From Octopus sinensis (Eukaryota), in contig NC_043020.1 in the NCBI RefSeq assembly GCF_006345805.1, positions 9,672,001-9,736,000 on the forward strand: a DNA stretch of 64,000 nt, in the 5' to 3' direction. Shown piece by piece: positions 1 to 10,556 of the stretch (the first letter of the stretch is position 1; the number at the start of each line of letters is the position of its first letter). The notes beneath the pieces are model-generated. The model was given only the letters and a program-made list of their open reading frames with translations, did not search any database and had not been told where the DNA came from. A program made the position numbers and the translations under genes.

Positions 1-1893
1 CTTACCACACAGCCACTCCTGCGCCTATGTTTCTTTTCATATGTGAAGTAAATAGGATTACATTCCTGAACAAAGTTTTCTTTTTAAAATTGGCCAACTA
101 CATGCTCTTTTACTTGTTTCAGTCATTTGACTGTGGCCATGCTGGAGCACCGCCTTTAGTCGAGCAAATCGACCCCAGGACTTATTCTTTGTAAGCCCAG
201 TACTTGTTCTATCGGTCACTTTTACCGAACTGCTAAGTTACAGGGACGTAAACACACCAGCATTGGTTGCCAAGCGATGTTGGGGGGACAACCACAGACA
301 CACAAGCACATATAAACACACACATATATATATACAACGGGCTTCTTTCAGTTTCCGTCTACCAAATCCACTCACAAGGCTTTGGTCGGCCCGAGGCTAT
401 AGTAAAAGACACTTGCCCAAGGTGCCATGCAGTGGGACTGAACCCGACCAAAGCTTTGTGAGTGGATTTGGTAGACAAACTGAAAGAAGCCTGTCATGTC
501 TGTGTGTATATATATATATATATATATATGGCGATCCTTCGGTATAGGTACACACGTGACTTTGTTTACATTTCCGAAGATAAGAGAAACCCTTTTCTCC
601 CACCCCTAACCCTAATCTCCCATATATAAAAAAAAAAACACTTTCTTGAAATGTATCCGGTACTTACTATGTATGTGTGTATTTAATATATATGTATGCG
701 GGTTTTCCTACCACCGCTTGACAACCGGTGCAGGTGCGCTTACGTCCCTGTACCTAAGTAGTTCGGCAAAACACCGATAGAATAAGTACCAGGTTTTTTA
801 TATATATAAAAAAAAAAATTACTGGGGTCGATTCAAAAGTTCTTTAATGCGGTGCCCCAGCATGGCCGCAACCTAATGACTGAATCACTGTGAATGTTCT
901 GTGGTGTATTTTGACATTAAAAAGCACACCTGAGAACTTTTGCAGACATTCCGAGGTTCCACACGTGTAGTGGGTAAATAACACTTGACGAGCCAATGAA
1001 GAATTCCGTGATTGAAAGGACTAATTAAACGGATTTCATTATCGTTTTATAGCATATTACATTTTATGGACAAGATACGAGACTTTAAAATTCGGGATTC
1101 CACACGCGTAGTGTAAATAATACTTTATAAGGGTACTATTTAAGAAGGGTGGTCACGGTGCGAGCACTCGCGTATCCGCGCTAGCTAGTCGTGACTAGTC
1201 GATCCTTACTTTGTGTTTTTGGGCGATCCTTCAGCATAGGCACCATAAGTGGCTTTGTTTACATTTCTGAAGATAACAGAAACCCTTTTCTCCCAACCCT
1301 AACTCCCCATATATATAAAAAAAAACCCACTTTGTTGAAATGTATCCGGTACTTCCGGTACCTATACCGAAGTTACGCCAAAAAGGCATTCTTTCGTTAG
1401 AAGCAACAAACCATGAAACAGTTTAATTAGTTTTAGTGACGGGGGTCTAATTATGGGCTCCTTCGTTGGCTCATAAAGGGTACTATTTAAGAAGAGTGGT
1501 CCCGGTGCGCGCACTCGCGCTAGCTAGTCTTGACTAGTCGATCCTAACGTCAAAAAAATTTTTAATTTGTGTAAAAAAATTACTTGTGTTTATTTACTTT
1601 GTTAGGTAGTCGTTGTAGGATCGACTAGTCAAGACTAGCTAGCGCGAGTGCGCGCACCGGGACCACTCTTCTTAAATAGTACCCTTTATGAGCCAACGAA
1701 GGAGCCCATAATTAGACCCCCGACACTAAAACTAATTAAACTGTTTCATGGTTTGTTGTATTATGTTAAAAACTGCCGTTCAAACCGAAAAGATCCCATG
1801 ATGTTTTAAGTATCTTAATTCATTCATTTTGGTTTGCCGGCTTCCTATGAATTTAACTTGAATGTTAACAGAAACAAGTGTTATAATACTTAC

Positions 1894-2007
1894 GGGGAAC
1901 AAAGGGGGTGGCTGGTGAATTGGCTGAGGGAGAGCATCACCTCTGTTAAAGCCTAAAATACCAATATTAAACGACGCACCACCACGGCCCCTTCCTCGAC
2001 CAGCCAT
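1894..2007 (-). CDS. POLR3G: RNA polymerase III subunit RPC7 (POLR3G/POLR3GL family), first coding exon
   Basis: Minus-strand translation MAGRGRGRGGASFNIGILGFNRGDALPQPIHQPPPLFP closely resembles the RPC7/RPC32 N-terminus (GRG repeats, FN..(A/L)G...G(D/E).LP....PPPLFP). It ends in phase 0 at a GTAAGT donor (1893-1888). Downstream exons are not seen in the window. Confidence 0.88.
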
Positions 2008-2620
2008 GACGGCTTTGGACTCTTTCACGAATAAACAAAAACAAGGGACGTTATTCTTTACGGTTAAGGGGGAGATGATTCTTGTGTAGTTATTATTGTA
2101 TATTTATTCTTTATAATTGGTGCATTTTGTGAACAATAGCGTCGTAAGTAACAGGTTTCAAGAGATATTTACTCTTTTACTTGTTTCAGTCATTTGACTG
2201 CGGCCATGCTGGATGTTTTATAAACACATTCTACCAATATACGAAGTTTAAAATTTTTTAGTTACCTAGAAATTATGCTAAAAACTGCCGTTCAAACAGA
2301 AAAGATCCCATGTTTTAAATATCTTAATTCATTCGTATACTGGTAGAATGTGTTTATAAAACATCATTTTCTCTTGGCTTTATTGAAAAAATTCTATAGT
2401 TTGTAAGATATTTATTGTTTTTTTTTCTTCAATTTCAGCAATTTCTACCAATCAATGACGTCTATTGAGATGAAAAGATGTTTTATATGACACATTCTAC
2501 TGGTGTCCGAAGTTTGAAAGTGTTTAGTTACAAAAAAATTATTTTTTAAATCTGTCGGTCAAAAGGTAAAGATCCTATGTATCTATGCATGCATATGTAT
2601 GTGTGTAAAAAGAAAGCCTT

Positions 2621-2627
2621 AAAAAAA
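2621..2627 (-). terminator. Pol III oligo-T terminator of the 2635-2706 tRNA-iMet
   Basis: A7 on plus = T7 on minus, 7 nt after the discriminator base. Confidence 0.8.
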
Positions 2628-2634
2628 CTCTGCA

Positions 2635-2706
2635 TAGCAGAGCGTAGTTTCGATCTACGGACCTCTGGGTTATGGGCCCAGCACGCTTCCACTGCGCCAC
2701 TCTGCT
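2635..2706 (-). tRNA. tRNA-iMet(CAT), intact, unique flanks
   Basis: 72 nt AGCAGAGTGGCGCAGTGGAAGCGTGCTGGGCCCATAACCCAGAGGTCCGTAGATCGAAACTACGCTCTGCTA. Initiator hallmarks: A1:U72, three G:C pairs in the anticodon stem, T-loop AUCGAAA. T7 terminator at 2627-2621. Confidence 0.96.
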
Positions 2707-2806
2707 TCCCCACGATTGTTTTTATTTGTGACTTAAGCTTTGAAGCTAGTTTCGTGTCTTCTCGCCCAGCTATATTGATGATATTCATTTCGAAAGCAGT
2801 TCCCTT

Positions 2807-3218
2807 GGATCTTTTCGGTTTGAACGGCAGTTTTTTCTAGCGGTGTCATATGAAATTGTCACCCATAATTATGACCCTAGTATCGATCTATTGCATTTCT
2901 ATCTGTTTTAGGGTTAGGGGTGGGGGGAAGGGTATCTTTTTTTTCATCACAAATGTAAATAAACCCAATCTGTTTCTTAAACGAGGGACATATTCATACG
3001 GCACAGAATGTTTTCATCTCAATAGACGTCATTGATTGGTTGAAATTGCTGAAATTGAAGAAAAAAAGACAATAAATATCTTACAAACAATAGAATTTTC
3101 TCAATAAAGCCAAGAGAAAAAGATGTTTTATAAGCACATTCTACCAGTATGCGAAGTTTACAATTTTTTAGTTACCTAGAAATTATGTTAAAAACTGCCG
3201 GTCAAACCGAAAAGATCC
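2807..3218. mobile_element. MITE family 1 (TIR GGATCTTTTCGGTTTGAACGGCAG, 8-bp TSD; Merlin- or hAT-like)
   Basis: TSD GTTCCCTT on both sides. Other copies at ~5479-5903, 8876-9175 (partial), 11086-11502 (TSD AACCATTC, empty site at ~19467) and 34228-34645; solo ends at 1760-1797, 2210-2309 and 5110-5157. Confidence 0.9.
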
Positions 3219-4660
3219 GTTCCCTTTATTTCTATATACATGGGTAACTCTCAGTTTTGCCAACTGAGTAAAATATACTTTGCTGAGGAGGAGGAATGAA
3301 ACTGAAACTTGACCGCTAATTTCCCCCACTTAACCTTAAGGACGAGACCCTTGTCGGAGGCAGCGAGCTGGCAGAAACGTTAGCACGCCGGGCGAAATGC
3401 TTAGCGGTATTTCGTCTGCGTTACGTTCCGAGTTCAAATTCCGCCGAGGTCGACTTTGCCTTTCGGGGTCGATAAATTAAGTACCAGTTACGAACTGGGG
3501 TCGATGTAATCGACTTAATACCTATGTCTGTCCTTGTTTTTCCGCTCTGTGTTTAGCCCCTTGTGGGTAATAAAGAAATAGGTATTTCGTCTGCGTTACG
3601 TTGTGAGTTCAAATTCCGCCGAGGTCGACTTTGCCTTTCATCCTTTCGGGGTCGATAAATTAAGTACCAGTTACGCACTGGGGTCGATGTAATCGACTTA
3701 ATACCTATGTCTGCCCTTGTTTGTTCCCTCTGTGTTTAGCCTCTTGTGGGTAATAAAGAAATAGGTTATTCTGTCCAGATGTTTCGAGTTAATGATCTGC
3801 ATTGCTTGATTTTCAGATTTCAAACTGAATTGTTGCACAAGTTTTTTTTATTCTCCTGAATGCTTGAAGAATCTCAAACTGATTGAATTTTTAGGCGGTG
3901 AGGTGGCAGAATCGTTAGCGCCGTTTCGTCCGTTCTTACGTTCTGAGTTCATATTCCGCCGAGGTCAACTTTGCTTCTCATCCTTTCGGGGTCGATAAAA
4001 TAAGTCCCAGTTGAACACTGAGATCGATGTAATCGACTATACCTGCCCCATCCCAAATTTCAGGCCTTGTGCCTATAGTAGAAATTATCAGCATTATTCG
4101 ATTTGAAATATGTCCGTTGCTTGTGTATTATCGATAATGTTCAATAATTTCGATCAACAAATCCTACAGCAGTTCTCTTTAGATTATAAACTGTCACAGC
4201 GGCTGTGTGGTAAGTAGCTTGCTTACCAACCACATGATAGCGGGTTCAGTCCCACTGCGTGGCACCTTGGGCAAGTGTCTTCTACTATAGCCTCGAGCCG
4301 ATCAAAGCCTTGTGAGTGGATTTGGTAGACGGAAACTGAAAGAAGCCCGTCGTCATTATGTATGTGTATATATATATATATATGTGTGCCTGTGTTTGTC
4401 CCCGCAACATCGCTTGACAACCGATGCTGGTGTGTTTACGTCCCCGTAAAAGAGACCGATAGAATAAGTACTAGGCTTACAAAAAATAAGTCCTGGGGTC
4501 GATTTGCTCGACTAAAAGCTGTGCTCCAGCATAACCGCAGTCAAATGACTGAAACAAGTAAATGAGTAATCGATCGATCACACTGAACACACCACATGAC
4601 GGATATGGCTTTGTGGCTTATGGAAAAAAATCATTATTATGGGCTTCGTGATAGCAGTTC

Positions 4661-4732
4661 AGCAGAGTGGCGCAGTGGAAGCGTGCTGGGCCCATAACCC
4701 AGAGGTCCGTAGATCGAAACTACGCTCTGCTA
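4661..4732 (+). tRNA. tRNA-iMet(CAT), intact, class A flank
   Basis: Identical to the 72-nt consensus; T-runs downstream. Confidence 0.95.
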
Positions 4733-5218
4733 GACAGACATCTTTTGTTCGTTTTTCTTTTGCAAAGTTGACCTCGGTGGAATATGAACTCAGAACGTAA
4801 GAACGGACGAAACGGCGCTAACGATTCTGGCACCTCACCGCCAAAAAATTCAATCAGTTTGAGATTCTTCAAGCATTCAGGAGAGTAAAAAAACTTGTGC
4901 AACAATTCAGTTTGAAATCTAAAAACCAAGCAACGCAGATCATTAACTCGAAACATCTGGACAGAATAACCGGACAAGGGTCTCGTCCTTAAGGTTAAGT
5001 GGGGGAAATTAGCGGTCAAGTTTCTGTTTCATTCCTCCTCCTCAGCAAAGTATATTTTACTCAGTTGACACAACTGAGAGTTACCCTTGTATATAGAAAT
5101 AAAGGGAACGGATCTTTTCGGTTTGAACGGCAGTCTTTAACATAATTTCTAGGTAACTTTTTATGGCTTTGTGGCTTATGCAAGAAATCATTATTATGGC
5201 GTCGTGATTATGGCAGTT

Positions 5219-5290
5219 AGCAGAGTGGCGCAGTGGAAGCGTGCTGGGCCCATAACCCAGAGGTCCGTAGATCGAAACTACGCTCTGCTA
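5219..5290 (+). tRNA. tRNA-iMet(CAT), intact, class A flank truncated at about -57
   Basis: Consensus sequence followed by T4 and longer T-runs. Confidence 0.95.
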
Positions 5291-5953
5291 AACAGACATT
5301 TATTTTGTTCGTTTTTTTTTTTTGTCTTTTTTTTCGGCTCCTTACTTTCTGCCGGGGTCGACTTTCGTTTCGTCGTCGATCAAATAAAGTAAGGGACGAG
5401 TACAGGGGTCAGTAGTATCGACATATACCTTTAGCAACTCCACACAAAATTGCTGGCGTTGTGCCTATAATATTGCCTTGGAATCTTTTCGGTTTGAAAA
5501 GCATTTTTTTCTAGCGGTGTCATATGAAATTGCACCCATAATTATGACCCTAGTATCGATCTATTGCATTTCAATCTGTTTTAGGGTTAGGGTTAGGGGT
5601 GGGGGGAAGGGTATATATATTTTTTTCTTCACAAATGTAAATAAACCCAATCTGTTTCTTAAACGAGGGACATATTCATACGGCACAAAATGTTTTTTTT
5701 TACCTCAATAGACGTCAGTGATTGGTTGAAATTGCAGAAATTGAAGAAAACAACAACAAATATCTTACAAACTATAGAATTTTCTCAATAAAGCCAAAAG
5801 AAAAAGATGTTTTATAAACACATTCTACCAGTATACGAAGTTTAAAAGTGTTTTGTTACGTGGAAACTATGTTAAAAACTGCCGTTCAAACGGAAAAGAT
5901 CCCTTTGGGATCTTATGCAAGAAACAACTTCTATCTCCAGTTTATCGCACTTC

Positions 5954-6025
5954 AGCAAAGTGGCGCAGTGTGAGCGTGCTGGGCCCATAAACCAGAGGTA
6001 CATAGATCGCAACTGCGCTCTGCTA
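5954..6025 (+). pseudogene. degenerate tRNA-iMet, class B flank
   Basis: Several substitutions in acceptor, D-loop, anticodon stem, T-stem and T-loop (GATCGCAAC); a Helitron is inserted 15 nt downstream. Confidence 0.8.
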
Positions 6026-6039
6026 ATTTTATATACATA

Positions 6040-6429
6040 CTAGCAGTATCGCCCAACGTTGCTCAGGTTTGTAAGGGAAATAACTATATAAGCATTTTTA
6101 GAGAGTTATAGTAAAAAAATAGCAAAAAAATGCATTAAAAATGAAAAAAAATGATGGTAAATTTTTTTTTTAAATCGTTGACTCATCGTAGACATTTTTA
6201 GAGAGTTACTTCCCTTAGCGAAAAAAATGCATTAAAATGGAAAAAATGATGGTAAAATTTTTTAAGATCATAGACTCATCGTAGACGCGCGCTAATACCC
6301 AGAAGGGCTCGATATGAATCACGACTATAAGATACCCGGTTTTGGTTAAACGGCACCGCAAAATGTGGGAGTAGTTAGGAATCTAAATCGAAGGAGACAG
6401 ACACACAACTTGACTTTTATATATAAAGA
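6040..6429 (-). mobile_element. non-autonomous Helitron
   Basis: 5' TC(TTTATATATAAAAG) and 3' GC hairpin + CTAG, inserted between A and T with no TSD. Confidence 0.85.
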
Positions 6430-6607
6430 TATCTTTTGTCAAATTTATTTGGGCGTAAGACAAAAGCTTACTGGTCATTTTTCTGTCTCCTTATCTTCTA
6501 AGTTCAAATTCCACCAGTTTAGAACTTGGGTCGACTATATCAACTCATCACTTCCATAATCTTTCTATCTAAATTCGGAAACAATTATTTATATTTCTAC
6601 TTTTATA

Positions 6608-7034
6608 GGCAATCTTTCGTCTCTAGTAGACCTTTCCGTCGATTTCCGTAAAAAATTTTTTTTTTTTTTACATATGGGCTTGCGGGAACTTTTGAAGTAA
6701 TGAGAGCGAAAGAGACTAAGAGAAAGCGATTGTATGACGAGGGAAGTTCTTTTGAAGTTACCGTGCATGGCAAGCATTGATGTACATGTGTGTGTGTGTG
6801 TGTGTTTGATGGGGTGTGGGAGACAGACAGTATGTTGTGTAAGTGAAGTGCTTCTGTTAGTGTGTGTGAAGAGACAGAGTAATGTGTGAAAGAAAGAGAT
6901 AACTGAAATTTTTTTACTCGGTGTATGTGTATATGTATGTATATTACTTCAAAAGTTCCCGCAAGCCCATATGTAAAAAAAAAAATTTTTTTACGGAAAT
7001 CGACGGAAAGGTCTACTAGAGACGAAAGATCGCC
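6608..7034. mobile_element. MITE family 2 (~85-bp TIR GGC(G/A)ATCTTTCGTC, 8-bp TSD)
   Basis: TSD CTTTTATA on both sides; solo ends also at 31813 and 32005. Confidence 0.9.
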
Positions 7035-7039
7035 CTTTT

Positions 7040-7384
7040 ATATTTTGCTGTATCAGAGGAGGGTCATAATGTCAATATTTAAAGATCTGCACTGATTCTA
7101 GTCACATATTTTATTGCTGTGGTTATCATTATGATAATTTGACTTGAAACATGCCGGTCGCTTGTGTATTATGGATAATATTCAAATGACTTCCATCAAC
7201 TAATCCTACAGCAGTTCTCTCCTCTTTAGTATCTTTATATTATAAACTGACACAGCGGAAGTTTTAGTCTATTCATTCATGTTCGCTTCACAACTGAGCG
7301 ATCACAATGAACTCAGCAGCACATGACGGATATGGCTTTGTGGCTTATGGAAGAAATCATTATTATGGTGAATTAAAAGCTGTC
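7040..7384 (+). promoter_or_regulatory. class A upstream block of the tRNA-iMet genes (representative copy)
   Basis: Recurs at ~9680, 12730, 14195, 17745 and inverted at 22490-22730, partially at 4085. Carries ACAGCGGAAGTTTTAGTCTATT at about -130 and CTTATG(G/C)AA(G/A)AAATCA at -41 to -44. The regulatory role is inferred. Confidence 0.5.
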
Positions 7385-7456
7385 AGCAGAGTGACGCAGC
7401 GGTAGCGTGCTAGGCCCGTAACCCAGAGGTCCGTAGATCGAAACTACGCTCTGCTA
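7385..7456 (+). tRNA. tRNA-iMet body with CGT anticodon (variant or young pseudogene)
   Basis: Loop CCCGTAA instead of CCCATAA, plus G10A and G29A; otherwise identical to the copy at 14530. Confidence 0.7.
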
Positions 7457-7642
7457 AGTTGGTTTGGTCTTTTTTCTTCTTTTTGCTTTGTTTTTTTTGT
7501 CGGCTCTTTCCCTTCTGAGTTGAAATACTGCCGAGGTCGACTTTGCTTGTTTTCACAACTGAGCGATCACAATGAACTCAGCACATGATGGCTTTGTGGC
7601 TTATGGAAAAAAATCATTATTATGGGCTTGTAAAAACCAGTC

Positions 7643-7714
7643 AGCAGAGTGGCGCAGTGGAAGCGTGCTGGGCCCATAACCCAGAGGTCCGTAGATCGAA
7701 ACTACGCTCTGCTA
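7643..7714 (+). tRNA. tRNA-iMet(CAT), intact, class A
   Basis: Consensus 72-mer with T7 downstream. Confidence 0.95.
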
Positions 7715-7956
7715 GTTAGACTTTTTTTTATCCTCTTTCGCCTCATTTATTTATGAGTTGAACTACTGTCGAGGTCGACTTTGCTTGTCTTCCTTTCGTT
7801 GTCAATAAAATAAAGTAAGAGTCAAGTGTAGGAGTCAATGGTACCGACTTAACCCTCATTCACTATACACAAAATCTCTGGCCTTGTGCTTGAATCAGAC
7901 ACCAATATGATATTGCATTGTAAGTCTCACGTCAGTGGATTAACATAGCGTGATGC

Positions 7957-8001
7957 TGCTGAGCCCATAGACCAGAGGTCCGTAGATCGAAACTACGCTC
8001 T
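7957..8001 (+). pseudogene. tRNA-iMet 3' relic, class B position
   Basis: GCTGAGCCCATAGACCAGAGGTCCGTAGATCGAAACTACGCTCT; the 5' half is unrecognisable. Confidence 0.75.
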
Positions 8002-8784
8002 ATTGAGCAGTATCCGCTTTCCTTTTTGCGTAAGTTGTTTGGGCGTCGGACAAAAGCTTAATAGCAATATTTCCGGCTCTTTACTTTCTGAGTTCAAAGT
8101 CTACCATGATCGACTTTACTTCTCGTCTTTTCAACACGGATATAATAAAATAAGAGCCACGTATTGGACTCAGTGGTATGTTTCATGCCAAAATTCCACA
8201 CACTTTACATTTTCCTTACACCTTCTCCACTTACACATATTTTCTCAAGTTGCTTGTTATTCATCTTTGACATTGGGCTATCACAATAAGGATCTCTGAT
8301 AATAACAATAATAAAAGAAGTGAAAAGAATCACTGCGTGTGTTTATTATTGGCATGCTGACCCATCCGAAATACAACTAAATATATTTCAACACATGAGT
8401 TCATAGCAAAACAAATATAAAAACAGAAATAAAGAATAACTGTTTCCGAATGAAAGTACAAACCTAAGGAAGGGGTGAGTTGATAGAATAGACCCAAGTA
8501 TTAAACTGGTACTAAACCGTTTCGACCCCGGAGAACTAAGACGTAAAGTTGGTATCGGTAGGGTTTGAATTTAGACTTTAAAAAGTCGGAAGAAAGATCG
8601 TAAGGCCCCTGTATTCGATTGTTTTTCTTTTTTTTTTTACTTCAGATTTATTACAGCGTTGCACAAAATGCCTTACGGTATTTCTTCCAACTCTTTACAT
8701 TCCCTGTTCAAATCCCACCTTTATAAAACGTTTAACGAATCTGAAAAAAAAAAAAAAAGAAAAAGAAAAAGGAACCAAGCCGAC

Positions 8785-8840
8785 CGTAGTTTCGATCTAT
8801 AGATTTCAAACCCCCAGCACATTCACTTCGCCACTCTGCT
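8785..8840 (-). pseudogene. tRNA-iMet relic
   Basis: CGTAGTTTCGATCTA...CCACTCTGCT on plus, with the central part eroded; a MITE is inserted in its upstream region at 8876. Confidence 0.65.
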
Positions 8841-10029
8841 AACGCATGGGACATCGGAAACTATAATGATTTTGGGGATCTTTTCGGTTTGAACGGCAGT
8901 TTTTTAAAATAATTTCCACGTAACTAAACACTTTTAAACTTCGTATACTGGTAGAATGTGTTTATTAAACATCTTTTTCTCTTGGCTTTATTGAGAAAAT
9001 TTTATGGTTTGTAAGATATTTGTTGTTTTTTTCTTCAAATTCTGCAATTTCAACCAATCAATGACGTCTATTGAGGTGAAAACGTATGAATATGTCCCTC
9101 GTTTAAGAAACAGATTGGGTTTATTTACATTTGTGAAGAAAAAAAAGATACGCTTCCCCCCACCCCTAACCCTAAAACAGACTATTACAGCGTTGGACTA
9201 AATACCCCATGGTATATCTTCCAACTCTTTACGTTCCTTGTTCAAATTCCACCTTTATCAACTTTACTATTCAATCCTCCATGGTCGATAAAATTTAGTA
9301 CCAGTTTTACACATCGCTGGTCACAATGCGTTCGCATTGTTTTAGCCTTCGAATGACGCCACCCCGCTGGCTAAGCGAGCAGGCCAACAGAAGAAAGAGA
9401 AAGAGTGGTGAAAGAGTACAGCAGGGATCACCACCCCCTGCCGGAGCCTCGTGGAACTCTTAGGTGTTTTTGCTCCATAAACACTCACAACGCCCGGTCT
9501 GGGAATCGAAACCGCGATCCTTCGACCGCGAGTCCGCTGCCCTAACCACTAGGCCATTGCGCCTCCACTATTCAATCCTCCGTGGTCGATAAACTTTAGT
9601 ACCAGTTTAATACTTTGCTCCATTATATCAACTTATCGCTTGCAAAGACTTCGTATTTAAATTCGGAAACAATTATTCATATGTCTGTTTTTATATTTTG
9701 CTGTATCACGGGTCGGTCACCATGTCAATATTTAAACACCCGCACTGATTCCATTCACTTATTTTATTACTATAATATGATAATTTGACTTGAAATATGC
9801 CGGTTGCCTGTCTACTACCGATAGTGTTCAAATAATTCCGATCAAGTAATCCTACAGCAGCTTTTCTCCTCTGTTGTATTTTTAGATTGTAAACTGACAC
9901 AGCGGAAGTTTTAGTCTATTCATTCCCATCTGTTTCACAATCGATCGATCAAGCTGAACTCAGCACATGACGGATATGGCTTCGTGGCTTATGGAAAAAT
10001 ATCATTATTATGGGCTTGTGAAAGCAGTC

Positions 10030-10101
10030 AGCAGAGTGGCGCAGTGGAAGCGTGCTGGGCCCATAACCCAGAGGTCCGTAGATCGAAACTACGCTCTGCT
10101 A
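10030..10101 (+). tRNA. tRNA-iMet(CAT), intact, class A
   Basis: Consensus 72-mer. Confidence 0.95.
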
Positions 10102-10170
10102 GATCGACATTTTAAAATTTATTTTCTTTCGGCTTTGTTTGCTTTCCTTTTGTTTCGTCTTCGATCAAAT

Positions 10171-10556
10171 GGATGGAAGCACTCCGTCGGTTGCGACGAC
10201 GAGGGTTCCGGTTGATCCAAATCAACGTAACAGCCTGCTCGTGAAATTAACGTGTAAGTGGCTGAGCACTCCACAGACACGTGTACCCTTAACGTAGTTC
10301 TCGGGGATATTCAGCGTGACACAGAGAGTGACAAGGCCGGCCCTTTGAAATACAGGTACAACAGAAACAGGAAGAAAGAGTGAGAGAAAGTTGTGGTGAA
10401 AGAGTACAGCAGGGATCACCACCATCCCCTGCCGGAGCCTCGTGGAGCTTTAGGCATTTTCGCTCAATAAACACTCACAACGCCCGGTCTGGGAATCGAA
10501 ACCGCGATCCTACGACCGCGAGTCCGCTGCCCTAATCACTGGGCCATTGCGCCTCC
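10171..10556 (-). mobile_element. tRNA(Arg-like)-headed SINE, tail type 1
   Basis: Head GGAGGCGCAATGGCCCAGTGGTTAG...GGTTTCGATTCC with A/B boxes; TSD TCGATCAAAT. Copies at 11618-11990, 22833-23215, ~43009-43384 (+), ~49785-50166 and ~51234-51617. Confidence 0.9.

Noticed and set aside
1780-2028. The full 82-aa ORF as the RPC7 protein
   Set aside because: The upstream 'M' is a GTG 7 codons before the conserved ATG, and similarity ends at the GTAAGT donor (1893); the rest is intron read-through.
10171-10556. SINE heads as genuine tRNA-Arg(TCG) genes
   Set aside because: No acceptor-stem closure; each continues into a conserved SINE body with a TSD.
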